From Squalus acanthias (Eukaryota): a stretch of 64,000 nt of DNA. Shown here in pieces: positions 25,252-37,604 of this stretch. The notes beneath the pieces were generated by a model, which did no database searches, was not told where the DNA came from, and saw only the letters and a list, made by a program, of their open reading frames with translations. How positions within the stretch are numbered: the stretch's first letter is position 1; every line of letters starts with the position of its first letter. The position numbers were made by a program, and so were the translations under genes. The stretch spans positions 16,680,001 to 16,744,000 of the forward strand of contig CM059432.1 of assembly GCA_030390025.1 (NCBI GenBank), read 5' to 3'.

Positions 25252-25650
25252 GTGTCAGCTGGGCTCTTTTGCCTCCAAGACAGAAATTCACTCCAGGACT
25301 TGAGCACCAGTGCTAAGAGTGCTGCGATGTTGGAGGTGTTGTCTTTATGAGACATCAAACTGAGGTTCTGTTGGTCTGTTCAAATGTTCTGAGTGTACTT
25401 TTCATATGGTTCCTAAACATATGCCCAAATTTCTTCTGGCTACAAAATGTACATTGCCCATTCCATAACTCCTCTCCCCTTGCTCCCCATGACCCCCACA
25501 TCTGGTTTAACCATGGCAGCATTCAAAAAAAGAGGACAGAGTTCTCCGGCTGTCATGACAAACACTCCTTCCTCAACCATTGCTATTTGTAGGGAAATGC
25601 TGTGCACAAATTGGCTGCTGCGTTTGCCTGTGTAATAGTGACTTCAGAAC
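25252..25650 (+). mobile_element. Degenerate DeuSINE fragments
   Basis: Patches similar to 7460-7930 (ggacttgagcac, ggaggtgttgtctttatgagac, gcacaaattggctgctgcgtt). Confidence 0.55.
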
Positions 25651-25659
25651 TAACTTAGG

Positions 25660-26110
25660 TTAGGGAGGACCAGGGGGCACAAATTTCAGTTGTATAAGGC
25701 TAGGTGTCAGGAGGTGGTTCTTTTCCCCAGAGAATAGTGGACCTCTGGAACAGGCTGCTGTCTCGTGCGGAGGATGCTGATTCGCTGAATTCCTTCAAGT
25801 GAGAGCTGGACCTGTTTCTGGCTGGGGTGGAGATCACCTCTTACAGAAGGTAGGTACTGCAGGGAATTCAGGACCAGAGTGATCTGCTGGACTTGTTTCG
25901 AATGCCTAGATGGGTTGGAGAGGAATTTCCCAGAATTTTTCCCCCTCCAAATTGGCCTTGGTTTTTTAAACTGTTTTTTGCCTCTCCCAGGAGATCATAT
26001 GATTTCGGGTGGGGTGGAGTGTATATATTGGCATACACAAGGATTCGCAAGTGTGTGTGACAGGCTCGATGGACCAGATGGTCTTTACCTGTCCGTCATT
26101 GTTCGTAATT
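25660..26110 (+). mobile_element. CR1-clade LINE 3' end (distinct subfamily)
   Basis: RTRGHKF...FFSQRIVDLWNRL-type coding tail; UTR shared with ~50830-51000. Confidence 0.65.
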
Positions 26111-26745
26111 TACTGTATATGAAGCACCTTGGGATGTTTCTGAAAGGTTTGACAAAGCACTAAATAAAGGCAAAGTCTTTATTATAAATGTATGCCTTAA
26201 GAACAAGCATCAGCAGGCTGCTAGACTACATGGGCATCAGAGCTGAGCTTCATCCTGATCCTGTACTTATCCTCATTCACACACTTTCTAGAGGAGCATC
26301 ACTGGATAATATTTTCCTGATTTAATTTCCCCCCTTACCAATTTTGCATTCATGCATTTTTCACATGTTTCCTAAACATGTGTCCACATTCCTTTGTTAC
26401 AAAACTTAGTTGTTTCCTCTATAAATTTTCATTAATTGCTGGTTTAACCAATACCTCGCAAAGTATTTTGTGCTGATAAAAGTGATGACATGGCTGGTAT
26501 TTAGCTGCTACACTTACTTAATTATCCCTCAGTAAAGTGAGCAGTTCTCTTTATGATGTTTCAATCAGTGGACATCATTCTTTCTAGTATCTCATGTGAC
26601 AATAAGAAACATTCATTATCCAACTGCTGACACCAATACTGCTTGAAATGCTATGTCAATGTTGCAAAGCAATATTCGGACTTGTTTCACACCCAGCATG
26701 TAGTACTGACACACAGCTTCAAATTTGTACTAAATATTTACATTT

Positions 26746-29323
26746 TTCATGTCTGACTAACTTGATTGAATTTTTTGAGGAGGTAGCAAGGAGGGCCGAT
26801 GAGGGTAGCGCGTTTGATGTCGTCTGCATGGATTTTAGCAAGGCTTTTGAAAAGGTCCCACATGGCAGATTGGTCAGAAAAGTAAATGCCCATGGGATCC
26901 AAGGGAAGTGGCAAGTTGGATCCAAAATTGGCTTAGTTGCAGGAAGCAAAGGATAATGATAGACGGGTGTTTTTGTGGCTGGAAGGCTGTTTCCAGTGGG
27001 GTTTCGCAGGGCTCAGTACTAGGTCCCTTGCTTCTTGTGGTATATGTCAATGATTTAGACTTCAATGTCGGGGGCATGATTAAGTAGTTTGCAGATGATA
27101 CAAAAATTGGTTGTGTGGTTTTGATAGTGAGCAAGAAAGCTGTAGACTACAGGAAGATAATCAAGAAAAAAATTAACGGGCACTTGAAGAGGTTTAAGCT
27201 AATTAAGGAGAGCCAACACGGATTTGTAAAAAACAGATTGTGTTTGACTAATCTAATTGAATTTTTTGACGAAGTAACAGGCAGGATTGATGAAGGGAAT
27301 GCAATGGATGTTGTCTACATGGATTTTAGGAAGGCGTTTGACAAAGTACCACACAGAAGGCTGGTTAACAAAATTGAGGCTCATGCAATAGGTGGGTCAG
27401 TGGCAGCTTGGATAAGGAATTGGCTTAAGGATAGAAAACAGCAAGTTGTGGTAAATGGCTGTTTTTCAGACTGGAGGATGGTAGACAGTGGTGTTCCCCA
27501 AGGGTCAGTGCTGGGGCCATTGCTTTTTTTGAAAATGACCTGGATATTGGAATACAGAGTAGAATTTCTAAATTTGCCAATGACCCCAAACTTGGGGGTG
27601 TGGCAAACAGTGAGGATGATACCAATCGACTGCAACAGGACATAGAAAGGCTAGCAGAATGGGCAGATGGAATTTAATACAGAGAAGTGTGAGGTGATGC
27701 ATTTTGGCAGAAGGAACAGGGAGAGGCAATATACACTTAATGGCACAGTTTTAAAGAGTGTGCAGGGACAGAGGGACCTGGGAGTTAATGTGCATAGGTT
27801 CCTGAAGGTGGCAGAACATATTGAGAGAGTGGATGGCAAAGCATATGGGATCTTGGGCTTCATAAATAGAGGTATTGAGTACAAAAGTAGAGAAGTTATA
27901 CTGAACCTTTATAAAGCGCTGGTTAGGCCACAACTGGAGTATTGCGTTCAGTTCTGGTCACCACACTTCAGGAAGGATGTGAAGGCACTTGAGAGGGTGC
28001 AGAGGAGATTTACCAGAATGGTTCTAGGGATGGGGGATCTTAGCTACAAGGACAGGTTGGAGAAGCTGTATTTGTTTTCATTAGAGCAAAGGAGGTTGAG
28101 GGGTGATTTGATAGAGGTGTACAAGATTATGACGGGTTTGGATAGGCTAGACGGGGAAAGGCTGTTCCCACTAGTTGATGGTACAAGGACTAGGGGACAC
28201 AGATTTAAGGTTTTGGGCAAGAGATACAGGGGGGATGTGAGGAAAAACTTTTTTACGCAGCGAGTGGTGAGGACCTGGAACTCGCTGCCGACGGAAGTGG
28301 TGGAAACGGAGACACTCAATGTTTTCAAGGGGAGACTGGATAGGCACTTGAGGGAAATAAACTTGCAGGGCTACGAGGATAGAGCGGGGGAATGGGACTG
28401 ACTGGATTGCTCCACAGAGAGCCGGCACGGACTCGATGGGCCGAATGCCCTCCTTCTGTGCTGTTATGACTCTATATCAATGTACTGGTCAGGTGAGCAG
28501 AAAAGTGGCAAACGGAATTCAATCCGGAGAAGTGTGAGGTGATGCATTTGGGGAGGATTAACAAGGCACGGGAATACACAATAAATGGTAGGATATCGAG
28601 AAGTGTAGAGGAGCAGAGGGACCTTGGAGTGCATGTCCACAGATCCCTGAAGGTAGGACAGGTAGATAAGGTGGTTCAAGAAGGCATATGGGATACCTGC
28701 CTTTATTAGCCGAGGCATAGAATATCGGGAGGCAGGGAGGTTATGCTTGAACTGTATAAAACACTAGTTAGGCCGCAGCTAGAGTACTGCGTATAGTTCT
28801 GGCCACCACATGACAGGAAAGATGTGACTGCATTAGTGAAGGTACAGAGAATATTTACGAGGATGTTGCCAGGACTGGAGAATTTTAGTTGTGAGGTAAG
28901 ATTGGATAGGCTGGGGTTGTTTTCCTTGGAACTGAGGCGGCTGAGGGGAGACTTAATTGAGGTGCATAAAATTATGAGGGGCCTAGATAGAGTGGATAGC
29001 AAAGACCTATTTCCCTTAACAGAGGGGTCAATAACTAGGGGGTATAGATTTAAAGTAATTGGTGGAAGGATTAGAGGGGAGTTGAGGAGAACTTTGTTCA
29101 CCCAGAGAGTGGAGGGGTCTGGAACTCACTGCCTGAAAGGGTGCTCGAGGCAGAAAACCTCATCGCATTTATAAACTACTTGGATATGCACTTGAAGTGC
29201 AATAACCTACAAGGCTACGGACAAAGAGCTGGAAAGTGGGATTAAGCTGGATAGATCTTTTCGGCCGGCACAGACACAATGGGCCGAATGGCCTCCTTCT
29301 GTGCTGTAAATTATGATTCTATG
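26746..29323 (+). mobile_element. CR1 fragment containing a younger CR1 (~27160-28474)
   Basis: RT motifs restart at ~27160 (ESQHGF...DFRKAFDKVPH); the inner element ends with a CR1 tail at ~28474 and the outer element resumes. Confidence 0.88.
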
Positions 29324-30212
29324 AAAATCTGTCACTCCCTTCTCCTAAATTCCTTTTATAGTTAAAATTTTTGTTTTAAAGAAAAAAAATGATTTTGCAA
29401 ATGATCATCCTTTGAAATAAATTAGTAATGCATAGTATTGGTTAAAGTTTTCATTTCTTGAAGCACTAAAATCTCAGTCTTTGTCCAGTTTCTTATGAAA
29501 ACCTTGAGGAAATGCACTCGCGCACAATTTATGATTAAATACCATGATATTCACCAAATGTTAGAACATATGCATTTTCAACAGCCACAGGGACAGATCC
29601 ACTTAAAATGAAAGAAAGCTTTGACATCTGACATCCTAGGAACAGCGGGTCAGCTTAAGGCGAACATTTATCCACAAGCTACAAAGCACGTTTCAGAACC
29701 ATCTGCTGATGTAGTGTGAAAGTGAGTGGAACAAAAAAAATTGACAACTGGCAACGTTCCAGATCAAACTGGTACAAATTACAGTAACCTGTTCCATAAT
29801 GAATCCAGTCACAATTATGCTAACTCTTAGAATGTTCAACATTCATGCAGTGTTGTTTCTCAAAAAGCCTTGCAGACATTGTACAGGAAACTTTCGTTTA
29901 TCCGGCACCCAAATAACCGGAATTCTCGCTTAACCGGCAAAAATCATCCTCCGAAAACTCCTCTCAAATAACCGGCAATGTTGCCGAGTCGCAGTCGAAT
30001 CTCCGCGAACGCCGAGTGCTCCGAAAACTCCTCTCAAATAACCGGCAATGTTGCCGATCCCGAGTCCGAGTCAGAGTCCGCGAACGCCGATTTAGTCAGT
30101 AGGGGTACTTTTCAAAAGTGCCACTACTCGGCCTCCTGGCGCTGTCGCAAGTCCGAAACATTGCAGTAGCATGAGTAGATTCTCCCGCGCTGCCTGGAGT
30201 CTCTTCGGATCG

Positions 30213-30425
30213 GCCATTTTGCTGGGTGTCTCCCACGATGCTGGTAGTCTCTTCTGATCCACCATTTTGCTGTGTGTCTCCCACGCTGCTGGTACTGTAG
30301 TCTCTTCTGATACACCATTTTACTGTGTGTCTGCCACGCTGCTGGTACTGTAGTCTCTTCTGATCCACCATTTTGCTGTGTGTCTGCCACGCTGCTGGTA
30401 GTCTCTTCCTAGCCACCATTGTTCT
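30213..30425 (+). repeat. Tandem ~46-51 bp repeats in the Tigger 5' region
   Basis: Four-plus copies of ccattttgctgtgtgtct(c/g)ccacgctgctggta(ctgta)gtctcttctgat. Confidence 0.85.
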
Positions 30426-30472
30426 GTGTGTCTTTCCATCTTCATCGGCAATTATCTCCTCCATCTTGCATT

Positions 30473-32230
30473 ATGGAATTCCCAAAAGCTGGACCAAGCA
30501 AAAGGAAGAGAGTGGTCTTAACTTTAAAACAGAAAATCGAGATATGCCAACGACTAGAAAGGGGAGAGAAGCGTATCAACATTATGAATGAATTCAAAAT
30601 CGGTTCGTCAACAATCTACGACATCAAATCGCAGAAGGATAAGCTGCTCAAGTTTTATTCAAGCTCGGAGACATGCAAGAGTGTAGAGAAACGGCGTACG
30701 CTTCGTAAGCCTAAGCTTGAAGAGCTGGATACCGTGCTTTATGAATGGTTTTCTCTTAAGCGTTCAGAGGGTGTTCCAATTTCCGGACCCATGCTCATCG
30801 AGAAAGCGAAGGAATTCTACGATAGGATGGAGCTCACTGACAAGTGTGCTTTCTCCGATGGATGGCTAACGTGCTTCAAGTTACGGCACGGGATACGACG
30901 ACTCGATATTTCCGGGGAGAAGAAATCAGCTGATCACGAAGCCGCAGAAGAATACTGCGATTATTTCAATCGGATTGTGCAGCAACATGATTTGTCGCCA
31001 GCACAGATCTACAATGCCGATGAAACTGGCTTGTTTTGGAGGTTTTTGCCAGAATCAACGCTTGCTGGGGCTAGTGAGGCTAATGCTTTAGGTTACAAGA
31101 AAAATAAAGATTGTGTAACCGTGCTAACATGTGCGAACGCCGCTGGATCACACCGGGTTAAACTTCTTGTTATCGGGAAGTATAAAAATCCCCGTGCATT
31201 TAAAAATGTGAGGCACTTACCTGTTGAGTACAAAGCTCAAAAAAATGCTTGGATGGATAAGGAAATCTTCTCCGATTGGTTCCATCATATTTTTGTTCCA
31301 TCTGTGAAGGAACATTTCCGCAGAATAGGGAAACCTGAAGATAGCAAATGCATTTTATTGCTTGATAATTGCAGAGCCCATCCGCATGAATCCCAGTTGG
31401 TTTCGGGAAATATTTTCACCATTTATTTGCCACCAAATGTAACTTCTCTCATCCAACCCATGGACCAGGGCGTTATCCAAAATCTGAAGTGTCATTACAA
31501 GAAAGACTTCCTATGTAAACTGCTAAGCCAAGATGAGAATATTCAAGATTTGCAGAAGGAATACAATATTAAAGATGCCATCTATAATGTTGCATGTTCC
31601 TGGAAATTGGTGAAAGGTCACACTCTGAGGCAAGCCTGGCGCAAATTGTGGCCTTCTGTAATGTTTGCTGAAGGTTCTTCTTCAGAGGAGGAATTTCATG
31701 GGTTCAGTGTTCGTCCCAAGAAGAGTACAATAATGGAAATGGCTGGAATGGTGAAAAATGCAGGCCCAGCAAACCCTCTACGTCACCTCAGTGAAAGTGA
31801 TATCGAGCAGTGGGTTGATGCAGATAGAGAAGTTGGTGTTGTGCATATGCTAAGTGATGATGAAATAATTCAGAATGTTTTGAATCCAAAGAAAGAAAAG
31901 GAAAGCGAGATGGAAAGTGAAGAGGATGAGATTTCTGAAGAAGAGAAGATTTCTTGGGCTAAAGCTGCAGAAGGATTTTCTACAATCCTCAAATTTGCTG
32001 AAAGGCAGAATTGCTACTCTGCACAAGAAGTTATGCAACTCCATATTCTGCATTCCACCTTTCTACAGAAAAGGCAAGAGTCCACTAAGCAAACCGACAT
32101 CCGCAACATGTTTAAGAAAGCTTCCAAAAGAGTCGCAGCAGCGGAAGTGCCTGAAGAATCGGTGGAACTGCGTGATCCTGATGACCCAGCTGGCACGGAT
32201 ATTTCTGATGAACCAGATGACTCGGAATAA
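30473..32230 (+). CDS. Tigger/pogo transposase (CENP-B-type HTH + DDE_1, DD32D), 585 aa
   Basis: ATG at 30473; [36 protein letters not shown]-x32-QPMDQG, acidic C-terminus; no stops or frameshifts. Confidence 0.95.
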   Translation: MEFPKAGPSKRKRVVLTLKQKIEICQRLERGEKRINIMNEFKIGSSTIYDIKSQKDKLLKFYSSSETCKSVEKRRTLRKPKLEELDTVLYEWFSLKRSEGVPISGPMLIEKAKEFYDRMELTDKCAFSDGWLTCFKLRHGIRRLDISGEKKSADHEAAEEYCDYFNRIVQQHDLSPAQIYNADETGLFWRFLPESTLAGASEANALGYKKNKDCVTVLTCANAAGSHRVKLLVIGKYKNPRAFKNVRHLPVEYKAQKNAWMDKEIFSDWFHHIFVPSVKEHFRRIGKPEDSKCILLLDNCRAHPHESQLVSGNIFTIYLPPNVTSLIQPMDQGVIQNLKCHYKKDFLCKLLSQDENIQDLQKEYNIKDAIYNVACSWKLVKGHTLRQAWRKLWPSVMFAEGSSSEEEFHGFSVRPKKSTIMEMAGMVKNAGPANPLRHLSESDIEQWVDADREVGVVHMLSDDEIIQNVLNPKKEKESEMESEEDEISEEEKISWAKAAEGFSTILKFAERQNCYSAQEVMQLHILHSTFLQKRQESTKQTDIRNMFKKASKRVAAAEVPEESVELRDPDDPAGTDISDEPDDSE

Positions 32231-34799
32231 GTGTACAGTCAACTACAGTACTGTATACAGTCGTTTATAAGTTTTGTTTTACTGTTAAGTAATTAAAGAG
32301 TTATGGATTACCCTCAACTGGCAGTACTGTACTTAATCAAGCATCGTCCACTATCCATTTAACACAACATTCTGTAGGTGAGTACCCAAATACTGTATAC
32401 TGCACATTTCTTGATTTTTTTAGGTTAAAAATAGCCTCGGTAGATATAACTCTCCGTTATCCGGTACTTTCGATAAACCGGCACCACGCCGGTCCCGTCG
32501 ATGCCGGATAAACGAAAGTTTCCTGTACAAGACAAATGTTAAGTTGGAAATAGTTTGTACGTCTACACACATCCTTGAAACTCCAACTCAGGAATACTCG
32601 TAGAGACTTCGAACTTCATTATGCAATAAATGTAGCACAAAACAGCACCTGTATATCCTTATTTATATCACAGTATCATGCAATATTAGGTACTTGACAC
32701 CGAGGCACTATTCTAGACTGCCAAATGCTTAAAAAATTACACTACCAGTTGTAGAATAATTTTATTTAGCGTGGGAAAATATCTTTGAACCTTCAGTTAA
32801 ACGATAGAAATTGAGGGTAGAGAGGACCAGCTCAGTCATAAGAAGAATGAGTAGAAACCAGAAAGAATAAGAATTGAGAATGGTTATGGAAGGCACGGTG
32901 AAAGCAGCTGGAATCATAAATAGTCTGGGGAAGTAATGCATATGGAACTGTGCTGCACCGAATAGATTCACAAAAGATTGTGTCAGCAATGAATACATAA
33001 AAAGTTCTATGACAAAGAAACTACCACTGAAATAAACAAGACTTCAGGAAATCAAAACAGCAAGTGGAGCATAACTATACTCTGTCTGCACACACCCCTG
33101 CAGGGACACTGTAAGTTGGTCCTTTGCAAAAAGAGTGGTCACAGCATCTGTGATACTTAATACAATTTTACACTCTTGAGCTACCCAAGAAAAATCTATT
33201 CTTTTGTTTACAAAAACAGAAAAAGCTGGAAATGCTCAGCCGGTCAGGCAGCATCTGTGGAGAAACAGAAGTCTTCCAGTCAACCTTCAGGTCTGCAATT
33301 TGGAATTGTTGATGTAGCACCCAGGGTGCAGGAACTGGAGGTGTTCATTCCCACCCACACTTCAGAAACAGACATGACTGGATGCATTTCTTTGTCTGCC
33401 ATTATGTTTGAAAGAGTACAGATTGAAGGAATCAACTGGACTGAAGTGGCTCTATTATGTTTTTGTTAAGTCAAATTTTTAATATTATAAATACTCCTGG
33501 AGACGAAGACAACAAGACAAGAAAATAAAAAATATCTAGCACTGATAACATACTGTTCTTTCAACATCAACTAAATTAACACACATGTAACAAAATTCCA
33601 GTTTGTCTACCACATAGTCAATATTTGTACAGTCATTAAGTTTACTCTAAGGCAGCTTGTCTGTTCAAATCTATTAAGCACAACAGGATTTCATACTGAA
33701 CGTGTTATCCATACCACCGAGGGACTGTGCAGATTCTAATTAGTGAGCATATAGAATAGATGGTAATCTGATCCGCCTTCTAATTGACCAACTTGACCAT
33801 TATTAATTAGTGAACATCCTCCTGCTGCTGACTATTTAGTTCCTAAAAGTTACTCTAGGGAAGGCAGAAGGTAGCTCATTGACCATCTGGAGAATAAAAT
33901 GCAAAGCTGGACCTTATATCAGTGCAAGTCTTTCTATCTATTAAAAGGAATAAATTTAATTTGGTTCAGAAAATGAAAACTATACACGAAAGTTACTGCA
34001 CTGGTGAAAATATCTAGTCATCCGGAAATAAAGATTAATAGGAACTTCTTCATAAAGAACTGAAGTAGTACTCAAATTTTATGAACAGGGAGGAATTGTT
34101 GCATTCTCTGGCAATTCATTTGTATAAGGTGGAATGGGCTCGTTCGTCAATTTATAAACTTAGTTTTCCAGAGAATATCACTATTGCAGTCTATTGCAGG
34201 TTTAAGGCCTGATTGTAATGCAACACAATGTCCCACTGTCCCAAAATGCGTACTGCCCACAGCTTACAAATGTCTTACACTAGTTGATAGGACTGTGTAA
34301 TTGTAATTACTGAACAATTTTCTTTTTAACACAATTGCATCTGTATTGGACATTTGTTGGCTCATACAAAAAAAAAATGCAATACATCAAAACAATCTAG
34401 ATTCTTCCAGCAAGACCTGAGGTGGCAGGGAAGGTAGAATAATGCAGAACTGAGGGAAGACCATATATAAAAGGGAAGATAAGACCATTTGCTTCAAAAA
34501 GCAATGCTAATGACAAGTAAACGATGCTGAGTGGCAAGAATACAGCACCCACAGATTAAAACTTCATCTTCAACCAGTTAGTGACAAGTACATATTATTT
34601 CAGACTCTTGTATTATAGATGCATCCACATTTGCTTTTGTACATCTCAAATGTTGCTTTCATGGTGCATCTCAGATTCACAAAGCATGTGGGCAGGTTTC
34701 CTGTTGAGATGCAGTCAAATCTCTACTGTGTAAACAGTACTTACATCTGAACAGGAAATACACATCCACATATGCATCCTCTATCCCAAGTTGCTCCTT

Positions 34800-35755
34800 T
34801 ATATATGTATTGGACTCGGGAATCGGAAGTCCAATTTCAAAATTTGCAGTCAACACCAAATTGGAGAGGATTGCGACAAGATACAGGAAGACATTAATAA
34901 ACTTGCAGAATGGACATGGAATTGGCAAATGAACTTCAATATAGATAATTATGAGGTGGCTCATTTTGGTAGGAAGAATAAGGAGGCGACATACTCCTTG
35001 GAACACAAGTGTCTAAATGGGGTACACAAATGTGAGAAGTCGCACAACACCAGGTTATAGTCCAACAGTTTTATTTGAAATCACAAGCTTTCGGAGCGCT
35101 GCTCCTTCGTCAGGTGAACTTCATAAATGGGGTACAGCAGAGGGATTCTGGGGGTACAGGTACACAAATCACTAAAAGTAGCAAAACAGGATTATAAGGC
35201 CATAAAAAAAACAAGGCACAGGGGTTCATTTCTAGAGGGATAGAACTGAGAAGCAGAGAAGTTATATTAAACCTGTATCGAACCTTCATTAGACCACACT
35301 TGGAGAACTGTGAACAGTTCTGGTCTCCATATTATAAAAAAAGGATATGGAGGCATTGGCGAAGATGCAAAAAAGATTTACTAGACTGATACCAAAATTG
35401 AGAAGTTATACCGATCAGGAAAGATTGAACAGGCTGAGGCTCTTTTCTCTAGAAAAGACAAGACTGAGGGGTGACCTGATAGAGGTCATAAAAATTATGA
35501 AAGAATTTGATAGGGTAGGCATAGACAAGACGTTTCCACTTGCGGGGGAGACCAGAACTAGAGCCCGTAAATATTAAATAGTCACTAACAATTCCAATAG
35601 GCAATTCATGAGGGAGAAAGGAACAGAAGAAGATGATGATGGGGTTAGATGAAGAATGGTGGGAAGAGGCTCGAGTGGAGCATAAACACCAGCATGGACC
35701 TGTTGGGCCAAATGGCCTGTTCCTGTGCTATAAATACAATGTAATAATATGTAAT
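34800..35755 (+). mobile_element. CR1 fragment with hammerhead insert
   Basis: WQMNFNID...HFGRKN and RFTRLIP...LRGDLIEV. Confidence 0.85.
35027..35123 (-). mobile_element. 97-bp Penelope pLTR fragment consisting of hammerhead (35081-35117) plus tail
   Basis: Matches 288-375; 13-bp TSD TAAATGGGGTACA (35014-35026, 35124-35136). Confidence 0.88.
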
Positions 35756-36115
35756 ATAGTGCAATCATCCTTCTGAAGCTACACAAAAACCAAGTTTTTT
35801 TTTTAAAGTTTCAAGAACACTGGGTCTTAAAGTCTAAAGTTTAATAGCTTGCAATCATTGCTTTAATTTTTATACCTACTAACTAAATGAGTTTTTTTTA
35901 AATTAGGCTGACAGAAATTGAATTTATTTAGCTCCAATTTTTCCAATTAAGATTTCCATATAAAAATAAGGAAACAATTATCTTCCTTTATCCTTGAAAT
36001 ATTTTGAGACAAGTCGCAAACCAGTTACTTACACATTGAAATAAATACTAACACATTGAAATGCAACACAAAATAAAGTTAGCCCTCAGTACAGAAACAT
36101 ATAAAAGCTACTCAC

Positions 36116-36178
36116 TCCAACAATTCATAATTGGACTTCTTTTCCAGGGCATTTCCCCGCATTTCCCGATAGAATCTC
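36116..36178 (-). CDS. PTK2: PTK2/FAK coding exon ((R)RFYREMRGNALEKKSNYELL(E))
   Basis: Minus strand: ttttttatag|GAGATTC...GTTGGA|gtgagt; 63 nt, phase 2/2; matches FAK RSYWEMRGNALEKKSNYEVLE. Confidence 0.97.
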
Positions 36179-36363
36179 CTATAAAAAAACAGCAATGAAT
36201 TGTCAAATCAAACCGCCCTTGAAAGTAATGTAATAATTAAACCATTGTATATTTGAATCCCTATTTTACTGACAAATCTCTCAGAACGACAGAAAAATCT
36301 GAGCTTTAGAAGAAAGTTATTTATGTGGACTGCATTACACAAATTCGGACAGAATGAACACAC

Positions 36364-36525
36364 CGATTCAAGACCGAGATCGACAGATTTTTATTAGGTA
36401 AGGGTATCAAGGGATATGGAGCAAAGACGAGTAAATGGAGTTGAGGTACAGATCAGCCATGATCTAATGAAATGGTGTAATAGGCTCAAGGGGCTGAATG
36501 GCCTACTCCTGTTACTATGTTCCTT
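36364..36525 (+). mobile_element. Short CR1 3' end
   Basis: Matches the tails at 5780-5932 and 11560-11723. Confidence 0.75.
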
Positions 36526-36640
36526 AAGGAACCACAGAAAAGCAAAACAATAAAAAGCTAAACTCTGAAATGCTTTGTAGTGCAGTGTGTGAGTGTACTA
36601 AATGCCTTAGAGAGGAATTCTTTCTCCAAGTCTCCATATA

Positions 36641-37059
36641 CAGGAAACTTTCGTTTATCCGGCACCCAAATATCCGGAATTCTCGCTTAACCGGCAAAAA
36701 TCATCCTCCGAAAACTCCTCTCAAATAACCGGCAATGTTGCCGAGTCGCAGTCGAGTCTCCGCGAACGCCGAGTGCTCCGAAAACTCCTCTCAAATAACC
36801 GGCAATGTTGCCGATCCCGAGTCCGAGTCCGAGAACGCCGATTTAGTCAGTCGGGGTACTTTTCAAAAGTGCCACTACTCGGCCTCCTGGCGCTGTCGGA
36901 AGTCCGAAACACTGCAGTAGCAGGAGTTGATTCTCCCGCGCTGCCTGGAGTCTCTTTGTTAAAAATAGCCTCGGTAGATATAACTCTCCGTTATCCGGTA
37001 CTTTCGATAAACCGGCACCACGCCGGTCCCGTCGATGCCGGATAAACAAAAGTTTCCTG
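36641..37059 (+). mobile_element. Tigger-derived MITE (419 bp)
   Basis: Same TIRs (one mismatch), TA TSD, and same internal junction as 3448-3872. Confidence 0.96.
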
Positions 37060-37604
37060 TACTAAGTTCCAAACTCTTGACCATCAGAAGCCAGGATAAT
37101 CCATGTCATTTTCAAGTACCTCCTAAGAACTTGTTTGGAGAGAAATCAGGAAACTGATTGCCTGCTGCCCACTCAGCTAAGTAAAACAGCAAGGGAACTT
37201 GAGAAGGCAGAGAAAAATAAATTACAATGACGATGTTTAGGATAAAATTATTTTATTAAATGATACTTCATTGTGCATTCTCCTTTTCAAGTTTAAATAA
37301 TAAAATGACAGCATTTGGGATCTGTGACAGGTCTCCTGAACAATTGTTTTTTCAAAACAAACTTCAATGCTATGAACACCTCCATGGTATACGGTGCACA
37401 ATTCTACTTAACTTTGTAGCTCAATTCAAGGTCAAAATGAGGTTAACAAGCTACAGGTCAATACTAATCAGTATCCAGATGTCTTATTAAACTGTTTGCG
37501 CAGATTGAAATAAGCAGCTGAAGAGAGTCGGGCGATGATCAGAATCAAGATCCTGGTCTATTGCTAGAATGAAGTGGGGCCTGTGTTTTTGCTAAGGCAG
37601 TGAT

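Larger units (their letters stand above)
29884..32525 (+). mobile_element. Full-length Tigger (pogo-family, Tc1/mariner) DNA transposon, 2642 bp
   Basis: Perfect 24-bp TIRs, TA TSD (29882-29883, 32526-32527), single transposase ORF. Confidence 0.97.

Noticed and set aside
30213..30425. CRISPR-like array
   Set aside because: Head-to-tail tandem repeats with no unique spacers, inside a eukaryotic transposon.
30419..32230. Domesticated JRKL/TIGD-type host gene
   Set aside because: The protein resembles that family, but perfect TIRs, a TA TSD and matching MITEs show it is a transposon; no gene symbol assigned.
32370..32385. ctgtag|gtgagt recursive-splice-like motif
   Set aside because: It is on the strand opposite to PTK2, within the transposon 3' region, and has no supporting evidence.
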